From assembly GCA_964035545.1 (NCBI GenBank), contig OZ037767.1, forward strand, positions 5,782,707 to 5,846,706: a DNA stretch of 64,000 nt, written 5' to 3'. Source of the DNA: Bugula neritina (taxonomy: Eukaryota; Animalia; Bryozoa). The notes below the pieces were generated by a model, which saw only the letters and a list, made by a program, of their open reading frames with translations, was not told where the DNA came from and did no database searches. A program made the position numbers and the translations under genes. Below are positions 1 to 14,870 of this stretch, piece by piece. Each line of letters begins with the position of its first letter. The first letter of the stretch is position 1.

Positions 1-463
1 TATACAGTGAAACTGTACATTGCTTACTAATCATTATCCTCCCTTTATATGTTGTACTTTTAATTCAATTTTATCTTTTTATATGTCAAAGAGCAATGAA
101 CAAAAACCTGGTAACACAGGAATATAACAAAAATATATTGTGCTTGCTTTTAATCCCCTCTTGACCTCTATGAAAACTTGAGATCTGTAGAATTTTGTTC
201 TAGTTTAACTCCTGCTGATAGCAGATCTCAAGGGTTTTAAAGTCAAATAGTAAAAGCTTTACCCAGATTCTCTTCCTATATTGCTGACATGAATTTGATC
301 CATTAGCTTACCAAAACTATATATAGGTCAGACAATTAGTCAAGTGTCTATATTTACTAGATTATGGTTTGCATAATGTATTATATTCAATGCAGCTTTG
401 AGCTAATGACACTAAGAAAGAAGTGGCTAGAGTATGAGCAATTTTTCCTGCTGGTTTACTTAC

Positions 464-3400
464 CAAAAGTAAAAGAATATGGCTGCCCGTTTCATCAAAA
501 CTGGAGCCTTCAAAATGTTTCTCATTTTCTCAGTTGCATGAGTTTTTGATTCCTCTTTCAGCTCATCAAACAACTCGGTATTAAATTCTCTATTATTTAT
601 TTTAGAAATTTTTTGAAATAGAACTTTTGCTTCTTTTACTTGCCCTTTTGTTATTAGGTAATGAGGCGTTTCATTTAAAAATCTACAACATAAATAAATT
701 GTACTCAAACAAGCAATTAATTGACATCATTAAGGCAGTCACATAATGTAAGAAACAGCAGTTTTAGCAGAGATGTGGCAGCTGAAAATTTTAAAAACAG
801 CTGACTTTAAAACAAGAGCTTTTAAAAACAATTACTTTTGACTGCTAAAAACATATATTTGAGTAACAGTGTCAAAAATAAATAGACAGCGATGAAATAA
901 TAATTATATAGGTCATTGAAAATAAATGAAAGCTTAAAATTTGATCAAAACTAAAAAAAATAAACGATAAAATGAAACAAAGAAAAAAAATCTGATGCAT
1001 GTTTTAAAAAAATTACACGAAACTTTATTGGTGAAATTGAAACAAAAATGCTGACAGTTTATTGTTCTAAAGTATGTAAAATCTTACAGAATCTCAACAA
1101 CCCCTATGACCATTGGTGGGATAGAAGTTGAGAACTGGAACCAGTTCCAATCTTGGAGGTAGAAGGCAAAAAGTGAAGTGAACATGATACCACAGGACCA
1201 CAATGTACCTCGGAAAGCAACAGAGTATGTTCTGGCTGTTGGACCTACAATTTCCATACCTACAAGAAATAGTGGAAAATAAAATTTAAGTGGATATAAA
1301 TTTTACCATAATAGATACAACTAGCTTCCAGAGATCAATATATACAAATCTAAATTATGTTAATGTCTGAGCCAATATATACACATATGGTAGAATTTAG
1401 GTAATGTAACAGCAATGATATCTACAATTTAGATAGGTACCCAGGAAGCTTAATAAAAGCAACATAGCTTGAGATATTCATAGCTCATCCTACTATAATT
1501 AATAAGTTGTTTCTACTTTTTACTCTGTTTTACTGAAATGCTATTATTTTGATATCTTTAATTTCTCAAAATCCTATATAAGTAATATCAGCTACGATCA
1601 ATTCAACAGAATGGCTACAGCCATTGTTCTAATTGTTCGTAATTGGTTTTATATCACAACTTAGTAAATACATGACGTTATGAGCCCATTTTTTAGACTA
1701 CACCAGCATCTAATCACTAGTCAGGACAACTGGGATTCTCAATGAAATATGCAACAAAAGAATCTACAGTTTGTTACCTATAACATGATGTTCAACTGTA
1801 GAAAGACGACCTATTATGTATTTACAGATCTTGATTTCATATGCTGCTAGAAACATTGTTGGCTAACTTAAATTGGTCTAAGATTTGGAAAAACCATTTA
1901 ACAAATAAACCACAATTTATGAATACAACTGCAAATAACATTATTTTCATAAATAAAAATTATAAAGTTTACTGAATGGCAAAGAGTTTACAGAATCTTA
2001 TTGGATACTCACAAGTAACATATGACACGAGGGAAGCACCAATACAACTAGCAGCTGTGATAAACCTAAGAGCTGCAAACATGTAGATATTTGTTGAAAA
2101 GGAGGCAGCTAGTCCCACTGCACCAACAACAAACATGGTGCAAATGTTTAGCAGTTTTCTTCCAAATCTAAAGATAATGGCAATTCTAGATATGTAGATA
2201 ATATGACTAAAATAAGGTTGCGAATTAATTAGCTGTAAGAATGTATATATAAAAATATGTTGCTGTAATTGCATAATACCTTGAAGAAAGTCAACCAGAT
2301 ATCTTTAAAGAATATATGATTGTTTTTTGCTGATGGAAGCTAGTTTGCTAATGCTGATATATTTTTTAATAATCTGCAGCTATACATATTTGTAACATGT
2401 GATTTTATGATTTGTTTAATGTAGATTATAATCTCAAAACGAATAAGATTTTTGGGATGAAAGTCTTCTAAAGCTTGAGAGATGTGGTTAGAACATGTTA
2501 AGGGAGCAGTAGTGGTCTAGGGGTTAAACTGATTGGCTTAATAAACACAAAATAATGGGTTCGAACCCCAGTAAAGGTCATTGGTGATGTTTAGAAGAAC
2601 ATCCAGTCATAATTGCTCCTGTGCCATATATGGATGACTCTTTAGCCCGCCTAAAGAAACTATTTCTATCAGGGGTTCTCACATGGATAGTGACTAGAAA
2701 CTTGTGCAAGTTAAATATATGAGCTACTTGGGAACTGCTAAATCATGAGGCACCCACCTATCTGCCAACACTCCTACTAAAATTGCTCCTACAGCCAAAC
2801 CAGCTGTGAAGATTGTTTTTGTCAGTGTATTCTGGTACTTGTCTTTACACACCATCGCAAACTACAATAACCACATGCTGTTTCTCTGTTGAATAAAAGT
2901 AACAGTACAATATATGTATTTCATTAGCAGTAATAGTGGCAGCAGTGTCAGTAATAGTAGTAGCAGCAACTGTAGCAGCAGCAGTAGCAGTGACAATAGT
3001 AGCAATACCAGTATGCAGTAGCAGCAATAGTAGCAATAGTAGCAGTAGTAGTAGCAGTATGCAGTAGTAGTAGTAGTAGTAGTATCAGTAGCAGTAGTAT
3101 AGTAGTAGTAGTAGCAGTATGCAGTAGTAGCAGCAGTAGTAGTAGTAGTATCAGTAGCAGCAGCAGCAATAGTAGTAGCAATAGTACCAATAGTAGCAGT
3201 AGTAGCAGTAGCAGCAATAGTAGCAGTAGCAGTGTGCAGTAGTATCAGTAGCAGTGTGCAGTAGTATCAGTAGCAGTAGCAGCAATAGTAGTAGCAATAG
3301 TACCAATAGTAGCAGCAGTAGCAGTAGCAGCAATAGTAGCAGTAGCAGTGTGCAGTAGTATCAGTAGCAGTAGTAGCAATAGTAGCAATAGTAGCAATAG

Positions 3401-4471
3401 TAGCAGTAGTAGCAGTAGTAGTAGTAGCAACAGTAATAGTAATAGTAGCAGTAGCAGTAGTCTGACTATAAGGATGGCTAAATTTGTATACTTCTAATCA
3501 ACAACAATGTTAAAATAGTAAAAGTAATAGAAATGAAATTTATCTTGCTTACCCGTTCATTAAGAGTGACTCCCCAGTACACTGATTTATCAAACACATG
3601 TTCTTCACACTCAACAGTCTCATTATTATTATTATTATATATTTTACAAGAATCAAGGATTCCATCTTTATCAATTGGTATCCATTGATATATTGATTGA
3701 TTGTGAACTTCACTGAATGGAGAGAAGCTGTCATTTTCCCAGTCTGGCAGTTTGCATCTAAAAATAACCTTATATGCATGTTTTTGAGAAGTTTATCTAA
3801 ATTTCAATTCATATATGCATTATTTTGATGTCACAATAAGTAGCAACCTGGAAGAGTTAACAGAAATTCCATTTTACTGCATATCAAGTTTTTGTTGAAC
3901 TTTTTTTCACTCAGATCTATTTAGTCTTTGTAAAATAACTCACATTTTTGAAAAGAAGTGTTCTATAAGCAGTGGGAGGGGGGGGGGTGACTGAGTGCAG
4001 TCATCCATGGCTTTTGAGTTTGAAGTTAGGAGCTCTCAACTCTAAACTTGAGAACTCTAAACTACTGCACTCATTTACCCCAACTCGAAGCTGCTTATAC
4101 AACAGAAGCAAACCCGGTCTTCTAACTTGCAAGTCAGCTTACTACTAACCATTACACTATAGAAGGGGGAGGGGGGATAGAGAATCTCATCACTACACTA
4201 ACATTTGTAAATGACCCATACTAACATTCTATGGCTACTCAAGTCTATTGAATTTTTTAGCACTAAATGTTGTTAATGCTCACGGCTGACCATTGCAATT
4301 AGTAGCGTATAGAAACTCTTACCTGTGATGAGGCGTTATGGAGTAAAACACTATTGCTAAAAAATGCATGGAGCAGGCCATCGACCCCAACGAGACTATA
4401 GAAAGTTGAATCCATTGATATACACCCAAAGCTCCCACTCCCTCTAGTATTTCGTCTATCTTTGATGGCAT
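464..4471 (-). CDS. SLC22-family organic ion transporter paralog A (exons 1-6; 3' part lies beyond the window start)
   Basis: GT-AG exons 4323-4471 (MPSKIDEILEGVGALGVYQW...), 3553-3757, 2758-2861, 2013-2167, 1088-1259, 464-682, with phases in frame. Contains MFS motif A DRFGRK, EIVGPTAR, QDWNWFQ and NETPHYL. Confidence 0.92.
2505..2715 (+). mobile_element. tRNA-derived SINE (family 1), in intron 3 of paralog A
   Basis: A-box TGGTCTAGGGG and B-box GGTTCGAACCC; core CATCCAGTCATAATTGCTCCTGTGCC shared with the copies at 14871 and 9585. Confidence 0.8.
2926..3461. repeat. Compound (AGT/AGC/AAT)n trinucleotide microsatellite in intron 2 of A
   Basis: Directly visible; source of the spurious poly-Leu ORFs. 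A short homologous tract lies at 12487-12555 in B. Confidence 0.95.
3963..4165 (-). mobile_element. Short foldback element (3963-4099) next to a degenerate tRNA-like SINE head (about 4100-4165)
   Basis: Inverted arms TATAAGCAG...CTGCTTATA and GGGTGACTGAGTGCAGT...ACTGCACTCATTTACCC; minus strand reads TAGTGTAATGGTTAG...GACTTGCAAGTT...GGGTTTG. Confidence 0.4.
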
Positions 4472-5639
4472 CTCTTTTTAAAAGTAGCTTTCAATTGTAA
4501 AAAAATTGAAAACTAGTGTCCAGCATTGATGAAGCAGTAAAAGCTTTATTAATGTGCTTAATGGATTAACTTGCAACCATGAAATGTTTTATTTTCTAAT
4601 AATGCGTTTTATCTAATCAGATAAACATTTGTGTAATTGTTTATTAAATGTTTTTAGCCTTTAATTATTTGAATATGTCTATTATATTATCTAGTTATTG
4701 TCATTAGCACGTACAAGTTATTAGCAATTCCAAAAAACATTCTCATTCAAGTCCTCAAGTGTTTCCTGTTATAATATTTTTTAATGCTAGAGATTCTAAC
4801 TGGAAGATTTAATACTATTTATATACTATTAGTGCTTGTAGTTACGTACATATGCACCTTAACATGTCCTTAGGCTATAATAGCACATAAAAATTATCAA
4901 CAATTTAAAAAAAAACATTTTCTTCATAATGTTTTTTTTGTTAGAGACAGAATATAGAGCTAATCATATTTTATTTGTAATTAAATCTACAGTATTCATC
5001 TTATTGGCTTAAAGGTAAAGCTGCCACAAACTCACAAACTGATTTGAATTTAGCCAAAGTTATCCAATGCCCTTATTGTCATTTAATCGATGTGTCAACA
5101 TATGTATCATGGATAGCATATCATATAACATGAATGACCTAATACAAATTTATTCTGCCGGTAGATTATGTAATATTATTTATCAAACTTAGTTTTAGCA
5201 ACTGATGATTTGAAGAAAATTAAAGTGTTTGTGTAATTTAATGGAGCAATTCAGTTAGTTGTAAAAACAGTTTCAATAAATGAATAAACAAATAGTATGG
5301 TTGATTGCACTCATTGTTTTGTGGATATAAAAATACAGGATCAATCATAAAAATTGAACAGAACACACAGCTTTAGCAACATAAAAAACAATATAAGATT
5401 TGAGCGTAAAATAAAATTATTACAGCTAATAATTTCATAGTCGTCTCCAATAAACATATTATTAGATTGAAATTCAACTGCAAACACTTAGAAACTTTAT
5501 GTCACTACAACCATAAGGCAGTAAGCAGACAGCATGCAGAGCAAGCATCACTTATGTCATAAACTTTATAAGACATATACATAGCTTATATGACATAGGA
5601 CATGGAAAGCATAGGGGGTGGGTGGGAGAGGGTGGCGTC

Positions 5640-8600
5640 TTATGAAGTTAGATTCGCTTTGGAACTCATTTCGAACTTTTCTATTTCATTATCATCATCC
5701 TCATTATTATCACTATCTCTGTCTGTATCAAGTTGACTAAAATAATTGCACAAAGTAGATTAGTCAAGTGCCAAACGAATAGTTTTAAAATAAAGCTGAA
5801 TAAAGACCATTTCTATAAATATATGCAGTATTTTAACAATAATTTTTACTCTTCGTTGCATATATAAAATTGAAATACCTCACCAACTTCAATGCTAAAA
5901 AAGCACATAATTATATTATTGTTTGGTACATGCAGAATTATCTTGATAGCAGCTGCAGTGCTTGGACAAACCCACACGCGCACACACGCACACACATGCA
6001 CACATATGCACTCAGGCACACACATGCACGTTCCTCTCTCCCTGCATGAATTTGTTTACACTCACTTTCCAGTCATAAACAAATTGGCTTCAGTAATACT
6101 CTCAGGTAGTTTCTGGTTATTAGTCTCTGGTAAAAAGTAGGCTAGAATTGCTCCCACCAACATAGTTAAGCCAAATATGAGAGCCCCCAGGTTAGGCCCG
6201 AACATAGTCTGTACATATAGGTACTGCAAATATAGGTAAAAATTCAAATAAGTTTTTTTCTAAAAACCTTCAACAATAAAAAAAGAAATTCAACTTTTTA
6301 TAATAAAGTCTACTACAGAGGCTTTTTTGCACTTTTTGTACTAGAGTTAGCCTAGACATGTATAATCAGTATTGTTAAGCCAAATGTTGTTACCAAGTCC
6401 ACAATTATAGGAGAAAGAATCACACCAATTCTGGCAAATAGGGAACACAGTCCGACTAGGGTTGCTCTCAGAGTTGTAGGAAAAACTTCGCTACTCCAGA
6501 AATAATCAAAACTAAAGACTACAGTGATTGCCAGTTTTCCAACCATTGCTATGGCAACCAGAACATAGCCTACAATAGAAGTAATATAGGTATCTGTTAT
6601 GATAAATATTTCATCGATTGAATTGCAATACAGTATACAACTAGGCTATAGCAGTAAGCTATTCACATATTCATCTTTCAATCGCATATTAATAATAATA
6701 CATTTTTACCAAGAATTATGATGAGTCATGGTAATATATAATGATATTTAGGTGTGAGTGTTTTATTTGTATTGAATAAAAGTTTAAAAACTGCTAGTGC
6801 GCTCCGATGTTTGGGAGAAGCTAAAATTTGTGTAAATTCAAATCGACTTTGAATGAAAATCTTGCCTTTAGCTTTTTACATTATCAGAAATAAATTTGTT
6901 TAAAAATTTATACAAAACACAGTTTTTTATCCTCTGGAGATATACGAATTTTAGTTTATGCAAATATCAGTAACAGCATTAGTTTGGACTACCTATACAA
7001 TCCATAAAAGCATTCATCTAGGTTGGCAGTTTAATTTTAGTTGTAAGAAAATATATATAATACTAACCATAGGTTTACAATGTAGTGTTAAAAATATATC
7101 AGATACTCTTGCTAAAAGGATTTAGTTTTTAGGTATCAGAGTTGGTATGCAATATTTGCTCTGTACGATTGCTCATAGCTACCAATCTGCTTTGAAATAG
7201 GCAATGTTAATTCAATCATAATACAGCGTGGGACTGACTCCCTTTCCCCTACATCGTTATATGGAATACAACTGAAGCTGGAAGTGTTTTTAGGCACATC
7301 CACATGCGTTGTGTGTTTTCAATGACATAACAATTATTCTTTCCGATCCGACAAGACATGTATAATAACATTGAAATTTATTCTTACATGTATTACTATA
7401 GTTCATTTTTTGCGTCATTATATTTTATTATTTTTATTGTCATGTATTTCATGACTTCCGCTACTCGAACAGGACAAAGCGGAGATAGGTGAGAATGTAT
7501 TTTATGACTTCTCAATTGTCATTTGCATTGCTTTACCCCCTCCCATCCTGCAGGACTCTTTTTTGCAGCATGAGCTTAACTCTAAATTAAGCTAAATAGT
7601 TCACTTACTCTAGCTTCACTTTGCCACCCTGAGTAAGATTCACATCATAATTAAATTAGCAAGTTGTTGCATATATATAAATACCTGAAACACTCATGTA
7701 GGCATAAATGAAAGCATTGACAGTTAAAGCAATTGCTCCAAGCAAAAGGAAGAACATGAATGGAGCTTTTCTTCCAGTCTTCTTAGAAATTATGATAAAC
7801 AATGCTTGCGGCAACTCCGCCGCCCCTGATATGATGTTATTGATGAATACACTTCCCGTCAAGTTCCCGACGTTAAAGCTCAAACCATAAAATCCCAGCC
7901 CAGCAATGAACCTATACATGTATATAAAATATCAAAATTTTCAGTAATTAGCAGGTGTGAGTGGTTTAAAATGCTACACAACAAATAACATAATGCAAAA
8001 TGAGAGCTAGAATTATGTAACTAAATTTTGCTAATATTATTTAATTAATTTTTTATATTACAAGCATTGATTCACATTAATACTTCTTACTTACCTCCAA
8101 CTAATTTAGGATTTGCTTTTAATTTTTTCATTTTAAATTTAAATAACCATAAACTTTATATCAACAGTTAAGAAACTTTATTTTAGATTTTTAAGCTTCT
8201 TTTCCATATTAATTTCGCAAACTTATAGGAAAAGATTAAAGAGCTTTACCTACTCATTGAACATATGCATAAGTTGCTGTTTATCATATTCCCAACTATG
8301 ACTTAGTGCCCTGTGAAAGTATACACTGAGATTATTTTGTAAAAGTAATTTTTTACTATATCTGAATACAATACAATTTAAATTTAGGCTTATTTAAATA
8401 GTGCACTACATTTACACTTCATTTTACTTCAAAAGTAATCTTATCTGCAAGCTTTTTGTAATTTATAAATTTGGAGTTGCCTTCTTTTTGAAAATGGGCT
8501 TTTACCTAAAATACTAGTAGAATTGTTATTGAACAGTGTAGAACGCATATATAAAGGATTGTGTTTTACCACCATACTTTGTTGTATACATTTATACATA

Positions 8601-11600
8601 TGAATAGCATATTTTATAACTCAACATATTCTACTACTCGAAGTGTTGAATTTCTCACCAGAGGTAGAAGAATATGATGGCTCGTTTTATCAAAACCGGA
8701 GCTTTTAAAAGGGTTTTCAGTTTCTCTGCAACAACTGAAGACTGGTCTTCATTAAGCTTGTCTATTGACTTAGAACTGAAGTCTCTACCATTCATTTCAG
8801 CCATTTTTTGAAACAAGCTTCCGGCTTCCTTTTCTCTTCGGCTAGTAACCAGGTAGTGGGGGGTTTCCTTCAGAAATCTGGAACACAATCGAAAACTTGC
8901 AAAAGCAATTTATGAATGAGAAGAACTTTTTTTACTAAATAAAAAAAGCACAATCAAAATGTGAATTTTGTTTCATTAGTTTACTGGTTGGTTAATAGTT
9001 TAACTTGTCATTTAGTTCATCAGTTCAAAAAATTAATGCTATGTCCTACATTGCTTATAGTGATAGTTCCTGTTCAACAATAAATAAAATTTAAATGAGT
9101 TTATAAATTTATCATAATTTTATGCCTTTTGCTTTCACTTTGCTGTTCAGCTGCATTAGGACTAAGAAAAAATCATTACTTGCTTACTTATAGAATTATT
9201 GTATCATACTCATATAGTCACAGTTATTACCAGAAAATGGAAAAAGTTTCCCATGTTAGAAGAAAACTGTTTAATAATTTTCACACAGTGTAGCTATAAA
9301 AAAAACAAATCTTACAGAATCATGACAATTCCGAAAGCCAGTGGAGGAATAGAAATTGCAAGCTGAAACCAATTCCAGTCCTGAATGTAGAATGCAAAGA
9401 GTGACGTGAGCATAGAGCCATATGACCAAAACATAGACCTGAATGCAATGGAATACGCTCTGGCTGATGGGCCCACAACTTCCATGTCTGCAAAATAGAT
9501 TATTTCACAAAATGAAGACTAGTGTGTAACTAAACTATCATCAAGCAGTGCAGCCTGAGTTTGGAGTAATAGTATGATAAAAGACTCACACAAATTTATA
9601 GTCACCATCCCCATGAGAAACCTCTGATGGAAGGGGTTTTTGTTAAATTCAGCAAAGCACTTATTCAGATGGGGCACAGGAGCAATTATGACTAGAAGCT
9701 TTTCTTAAAATCACTAATGGCCTTTGTCAGGGCTCGAACATATGACTTCCTGCTTACTAGGCAACCTCTAACCTCTAACCCCTAAACCAGGACTTTATTG
9801 ATAGAGTACAATCTTCCTCTGGAATGACAATAAACATTCATGTAGTACTACTAATATTAATAAATACTCATACTAGTAATTGTCTTCTCTCTTATGACTA
9901 ATTGTCAAGGGTGAATAACTTTCAATATGAATACTCTATTATACTACCCGCAATCCTTTACTTGTTTCCTCTCTTTTTTCTTACACATAAAATATAACAG
10001 TCTTGTAAACTACAACTCTACTTATTTTATTCCAATAACTAATATAACTAAGATGGCACCAGTCTCCACCTCAACAGGCTGTTCCCTTTGATTAATAGTA
10101 TAATAGTAAAACAAAAACGCCCTTATTACATGGCAGTATAGGTGGGAGTTTCATTGTACTACTTTGCTTACAAGTGTAGAGCAAACCATCATTCGCTACT
10201 ATTTCAGCTCTGCAATTGGTAATGTAAGAGTTCAAACCTCTGCAACACCAGAAGCCATAGTTCTTGTATTATTCAACGTGTAATTAAATAACATAAATAT
10301 TGGTTTTGATTTACTAAAGTATAATATTTTATTACAGCTACTAGTTAAAGTGAAATGCAGTAAAGTAGCCTGAAAAAATGTACCCGTCACTTGCAGTACT
10401 AACAGCACCGCCTATAAAACAGACACTCCCAGCTTTTATTTCTTTTATAGTTCTATTTTTATTGCTAGCTACTAAAGTCTACGAAAGTTTAAGGTAAGCT
10501 AATCACTTTAACTTTACTAAAAATTATTTCAGTTATTTTAGCTTCAGCTAAATTTAAATCAGCTTATTGGTGCATTTATAATATTGTAGTCTGAGTTGTT
10601 TAAAAATGCTAATATGTGGTTTTTACCTCTTGTGGTACAGCAGCTATAAGATACAAACTATACTTAAATTGCAATTTCTAAACATTGTTTTACTGCTATT
10701 CTTTTTACATTTTTTGTTTTCATTGCTGAACTTAAAAATTCGATATAGCACCATAAACTCAAACTATTATGTCATAAATATGATTAAAATATTGTCAACT
10801 TTATCTACCTGTAGTTACTATGATATCTTAAAAATAATTTTACATTTATATTAAGTAGAAAATTTGATTAAATTAAAAGGTAAAAGTAATGCTTACTGTT
10901 TAGGATAGAATAATTATTAAAATAAACACAAAAACAAAACATATGTATATACTAATTTTATATTGAATTTATCTATAATTAATTTATATTACAAAATAAA
11001 GTATGTATTGATTAGAAAAGTGACTTACTTATAACGTGTGCCAAAAGTGCAATGCCTACTCCACAGACGGCTACAATAAACCTAAAGGCAGCAAACATGT
11101 GGAAGCTGACGGAGAAAGCAGCAGCTATGCCAGCTGCACCAGCAACAAACATAGCGCATATGTTCACCAGTCTACGACCAAACCTAAAATATTATACATG
11201 CAGTAGTGATTAGAAAAATATTTCTGAAAACACCATACCTATAATGCTTATAACTTTATCAGGGAAACTAAGAAAATTTTTAGCATCAGGATGAATCAGA
11301 TTTTTCAAATAAGGTACACATATAATCAACATATTTCCACAGTAATAAATAATTTAGACATTTTGTGTTGAGACATTACATGGGCATCGAAAGCTTTGCT
11401 GAATCAGTACAGCTTTAATTGTATTTTCATAGCTATGTTAGCCATAACATTATGTTTTTCCCGTTGTGTTGAATGCTGTGTATACAAATATTCTGGCTGC
11501 ATGCCAACAAACAAGCTAATTTTTCAAACTTTTGCCAAATTTAGTCTTAATGGTCAAGGCAACAGATTTCACAATCAGCAATAAAACACTGTAGATAGAA

Positions 11601-13777
11601 CACCCAGTTTCAAAGTCTCTATAGGCTTATCATAATTCTTGCGGCTGAAAACAAAATTGATAAGGTACTGCAACTATTTTAGGGCATATGTAGCTTGATT
11701 AAATACAACTGATAATGCATACCCTGGTCAGGTGCAAATTTAAAATGTGCATCATTTAGTTTAAGTTTGTGGTTTCCAAACCAGCTAGTTGCATGTCAAA
11801 GCAAGTAGAAGCTACCATACTTAGAATTTAGATAATAATATATTAGAGTAAAATTATATTGCATATGGTTTAAATTTTTCTTTACTATAGCTAACTGCTA
11901 CATAATTATCTGAAGCAACATTCAAAAGAAACGTATTTTAACATTTTTATAAAAGGACTATAATTTAAGCTTTCAACTATTAATTAAAATAGCAACTGTC
12001 AGGGTAAGCACGGGTAAATGCTTCACTTTGTAACTTTGTGCCCTGATTACACACTTGTTTAATCGCTTACAGAGTTCTATAAATATCACTCACCTATCTG
12101 CTAAAGAGCCAATCAGAATTGCTCCAACCACTAATCCAACTGTGAAGACTACTTTGGTTACTGTGCCTTGATATGTGTTAGCACAAACCATATTGAACTG
12201 CAACAGCACAACAGACGGCAATAAATTACATTTTTACTCATTTTCAACCATTTGTATCAGACAGTAACCCACTTTTAAAAAAATAAGTCAGCTTACTAAA
12301 ATATTGCAGTTTAAACAATGGACTTATTTTAAATATATGTATAAATCACTAAGCTTATAGTCAAAAGAGTAACAAAAGATGCCATAGTGGATGAAAAGTC
12401 TAGCTGCATCTCATACAATGTCATTGATTCATTACATATAAACTGTCTTCAGTGCTTACCTAGGAAGCCTCATGAAAAATTTACAAGTAGTAACAGTAGT
12501 GGTAGTAGTAACAGCAGCAGCAGCAGTATAGCAGTAGCAGTAGTAGTAGTAGTAGTGTGACTAAGGGTGGTTAAATTTGTACACTTTTATTCCGCAATAT
12601 TATTAGGATAAAAGCCATAGAAATGAAATTTATTTTGCTTACCCGTTCATTAAGAGTGACTCCCCAGTACACTGATTTATCAAATACATGTTCTTCACAC
12701 TCAACAGTCTCATTATTATTAGTATATATTTTACAAGAATCAAGTATTCCATCTTTATCAACTGGTATCCATTGATATATTGATTGATTGTGAACTTCAC
12801 TGAATGGAGAGAAAGTGTCATTTTCCCAGTCTGGTAGCTTGCATCTATAAAAGTAGGTATGAGTGAACTATATCAAACAACATATATATCAACTAAATTA
12901 GAAAAGCTAAACTGAACTTTTAGTAATTTAATCAAAAATCAGTCAATTTTAAAAAGCACCATACTATTTAAATAAATTTCTGTACAAAAATTGAAAAATT
13001 AACCTGATAATTAACATTTTACACCTGGGTGACAAAAAACAAAACAATTGCTATATATATAGGCTAAATATAATAAAAAATACAAAAATACGTTATTGAT
13101 ACGTTTCAAGTTTTTATCAAGTATAAATTAACATTTAATTTGCATTTTTATTTTTTAGTGGTTATTATTGCTCTGTGCGTGCATTATTTTATCTTTTGTC
13201 TTAGAGTTAGCAAGTGCAAATTTAAAAAGTCACCCTATGGGCTAATTACCCAATAAAAGCAGTTAAAATAATTGAATTTTTTTGTTCTAAATTTTCTACA
13301 TTAATTAATCTAAATTTACCAAATTTTGTTATAGTATGCAGAATGCCAGGGATATATATATATACCCATAATATAAGGAATAAATTTCATTTTATAAAAA
13401 GTCTATCAGTCTTTATAATGCGTATGTGAAAATTATTTGCTACTTGCTTCACTTGCATACTTCAATAAAATTCCAGTAACCTTAGTCAAGTAAAGTCAGT
13501 CGTGCACCTTTAATTTAATTTTTTTATAGATGATTTGGATACGAAACAATACAGGTATTTTTAATTTTATAGTTACAACTTAAAATTGCAATAGTTATTA
13601 CCAGATTTAATAATTATGAACAACATACCTATGCTGTGGAGTTATGGAGTGAAATACTATTGCTATGAAATGTAGCGAGCTTGCGAGAGATCCTAAACCA
13701 GCTACACACAATTGAATCCACTGGTATTTACCGAGTGCCCCCACCTCCTCCAAGACACCATCTATCTTTGACGGCAT
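5640..13777 (-). CDS. SLC22-family organic ion transporter paralog B, complete, 10 exons, ~546 aa
   Basis: Exons 13629-13777, 12643-12844, 12094-12197, 11029-11183, 9316-9487, 8659-8877, 7685-7911, 6394-6569, 6066-6223, 5640-5718 sum to 1641 nt. Motifs DRFGRR, KETPHYL, EVFPTTLR, ARIG, LPET; acidic tail KDSDNNEDDDNEIEKFEMSSKANLTS*. Confidence 0.93.
9585..9793 (-). mobile_element. tRNA-derived SINE (family 1), in intron 4 of B
   Basis: Reverse complement of the 2505/14871 element (GGCACAGGAGCAATTATGACT; TAACCCCTAAACCA). Confidence 0.75.
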
Positions 13778-14870
13778 TTTCTACTATAGCAATCTGTTGA
13801 GAAGCTTACAACTGCAAATGCTATAACAAGTAGTAGTTACTACAGAGTTGGCAAAGTTCTAACCAACTTACTAATAAAACTATTTCAATGGGAATTTGAA
13901 CAGTCTGTTATCTATAATACGTGATGATAGTGTTTAGATAGTCCATTATTTGATGTATATGCTAGTATTTATAAATATTATACTACTCAGTAGAAGCACG
14001 ATCAATATTTTTAGAAGCTTACAAGGCTTCATTTAGTAGTTTAATTTAGAAAGTTATCTTCCTATGTGGCATAGTTTAGAGCTCATCATTTACTAACTAT
14101 CTTTGTTTATTTCACCCACAAAAGCACATGCATCTGTCCATAACAGCATTTTTTGTTTTACTGATTAGATGCACAATCAATTATCATTAAACTATAATTT
14201 TCTTCTTGTATCTTTACACATAATTAGCTCCATTTTCAAAAGTGCATAGAATTTGAATTATAAAAATATGTTTCACAAGGTCTCCTTATCTGTGACTACA
14301 AGAGTGTTTATTCAGGCTACAGATAATACCCTTAGCATGATAGCAAGATGGCTTGCTAATTTTGCTGTAACACAAAAGCAATTGTGCATGAGTGAATACC
14401 CTTCCTTACATCACCAATGACCGGGTCACATGCAGATGCTGCTGTACTTATGACGCTTGCTGCTATTTGCATTAATAAAACCTGCCAGCCAGAAAAGCTA
14501 TATTGAGACCAGCAAATGCAGTAGCTTTATGAGCTCATACCTATGGAACCAGACTTTTCAGTTGCTGATTGTTATAAAAACCATCTAATAATCATTCAAG
14601 CCTTATTTTGAGGAACCTAAGAGAAAATATTATGTTCTACATGAGAGATCGAGTGAAGCAGCACTGAGTTGGTAGTCACTGAGCGCATTAGTTGGTTGGG
14701 AGTTTGGTGTTTGAACACCAATTTGTATACACATCCTGTACTAAATCATCCCCAATTCAGTGCTGCTTTTATATTTCCCATTTACCTTTTGGAGCTCACT
14801 AATTCAAGTAGCAATACCAGCATGATGACTTGCTCAATACCTAAATTAATCTTATACACTCAAGCTAGTT

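Noticed and set aside
2845-3430. Poly-Leu/Ala-Thr ORFs
   Set aside because: Trinucleotide repeat inside intron 2 of A
3549-3779. Recurrent '[10 protein letters not shown]...' ORF family as a separate gene or mobile element
   Set aside because: It is the +1 frame of SLC22 exon 2; similarity stops at or near the splice sites
5640-13777. Assigning specific symbols (Orct, SLC22A4/5, etc.)
   Set aside because: Apparently a lineage-specific expansion; orthology cannot be set without a phylogeny
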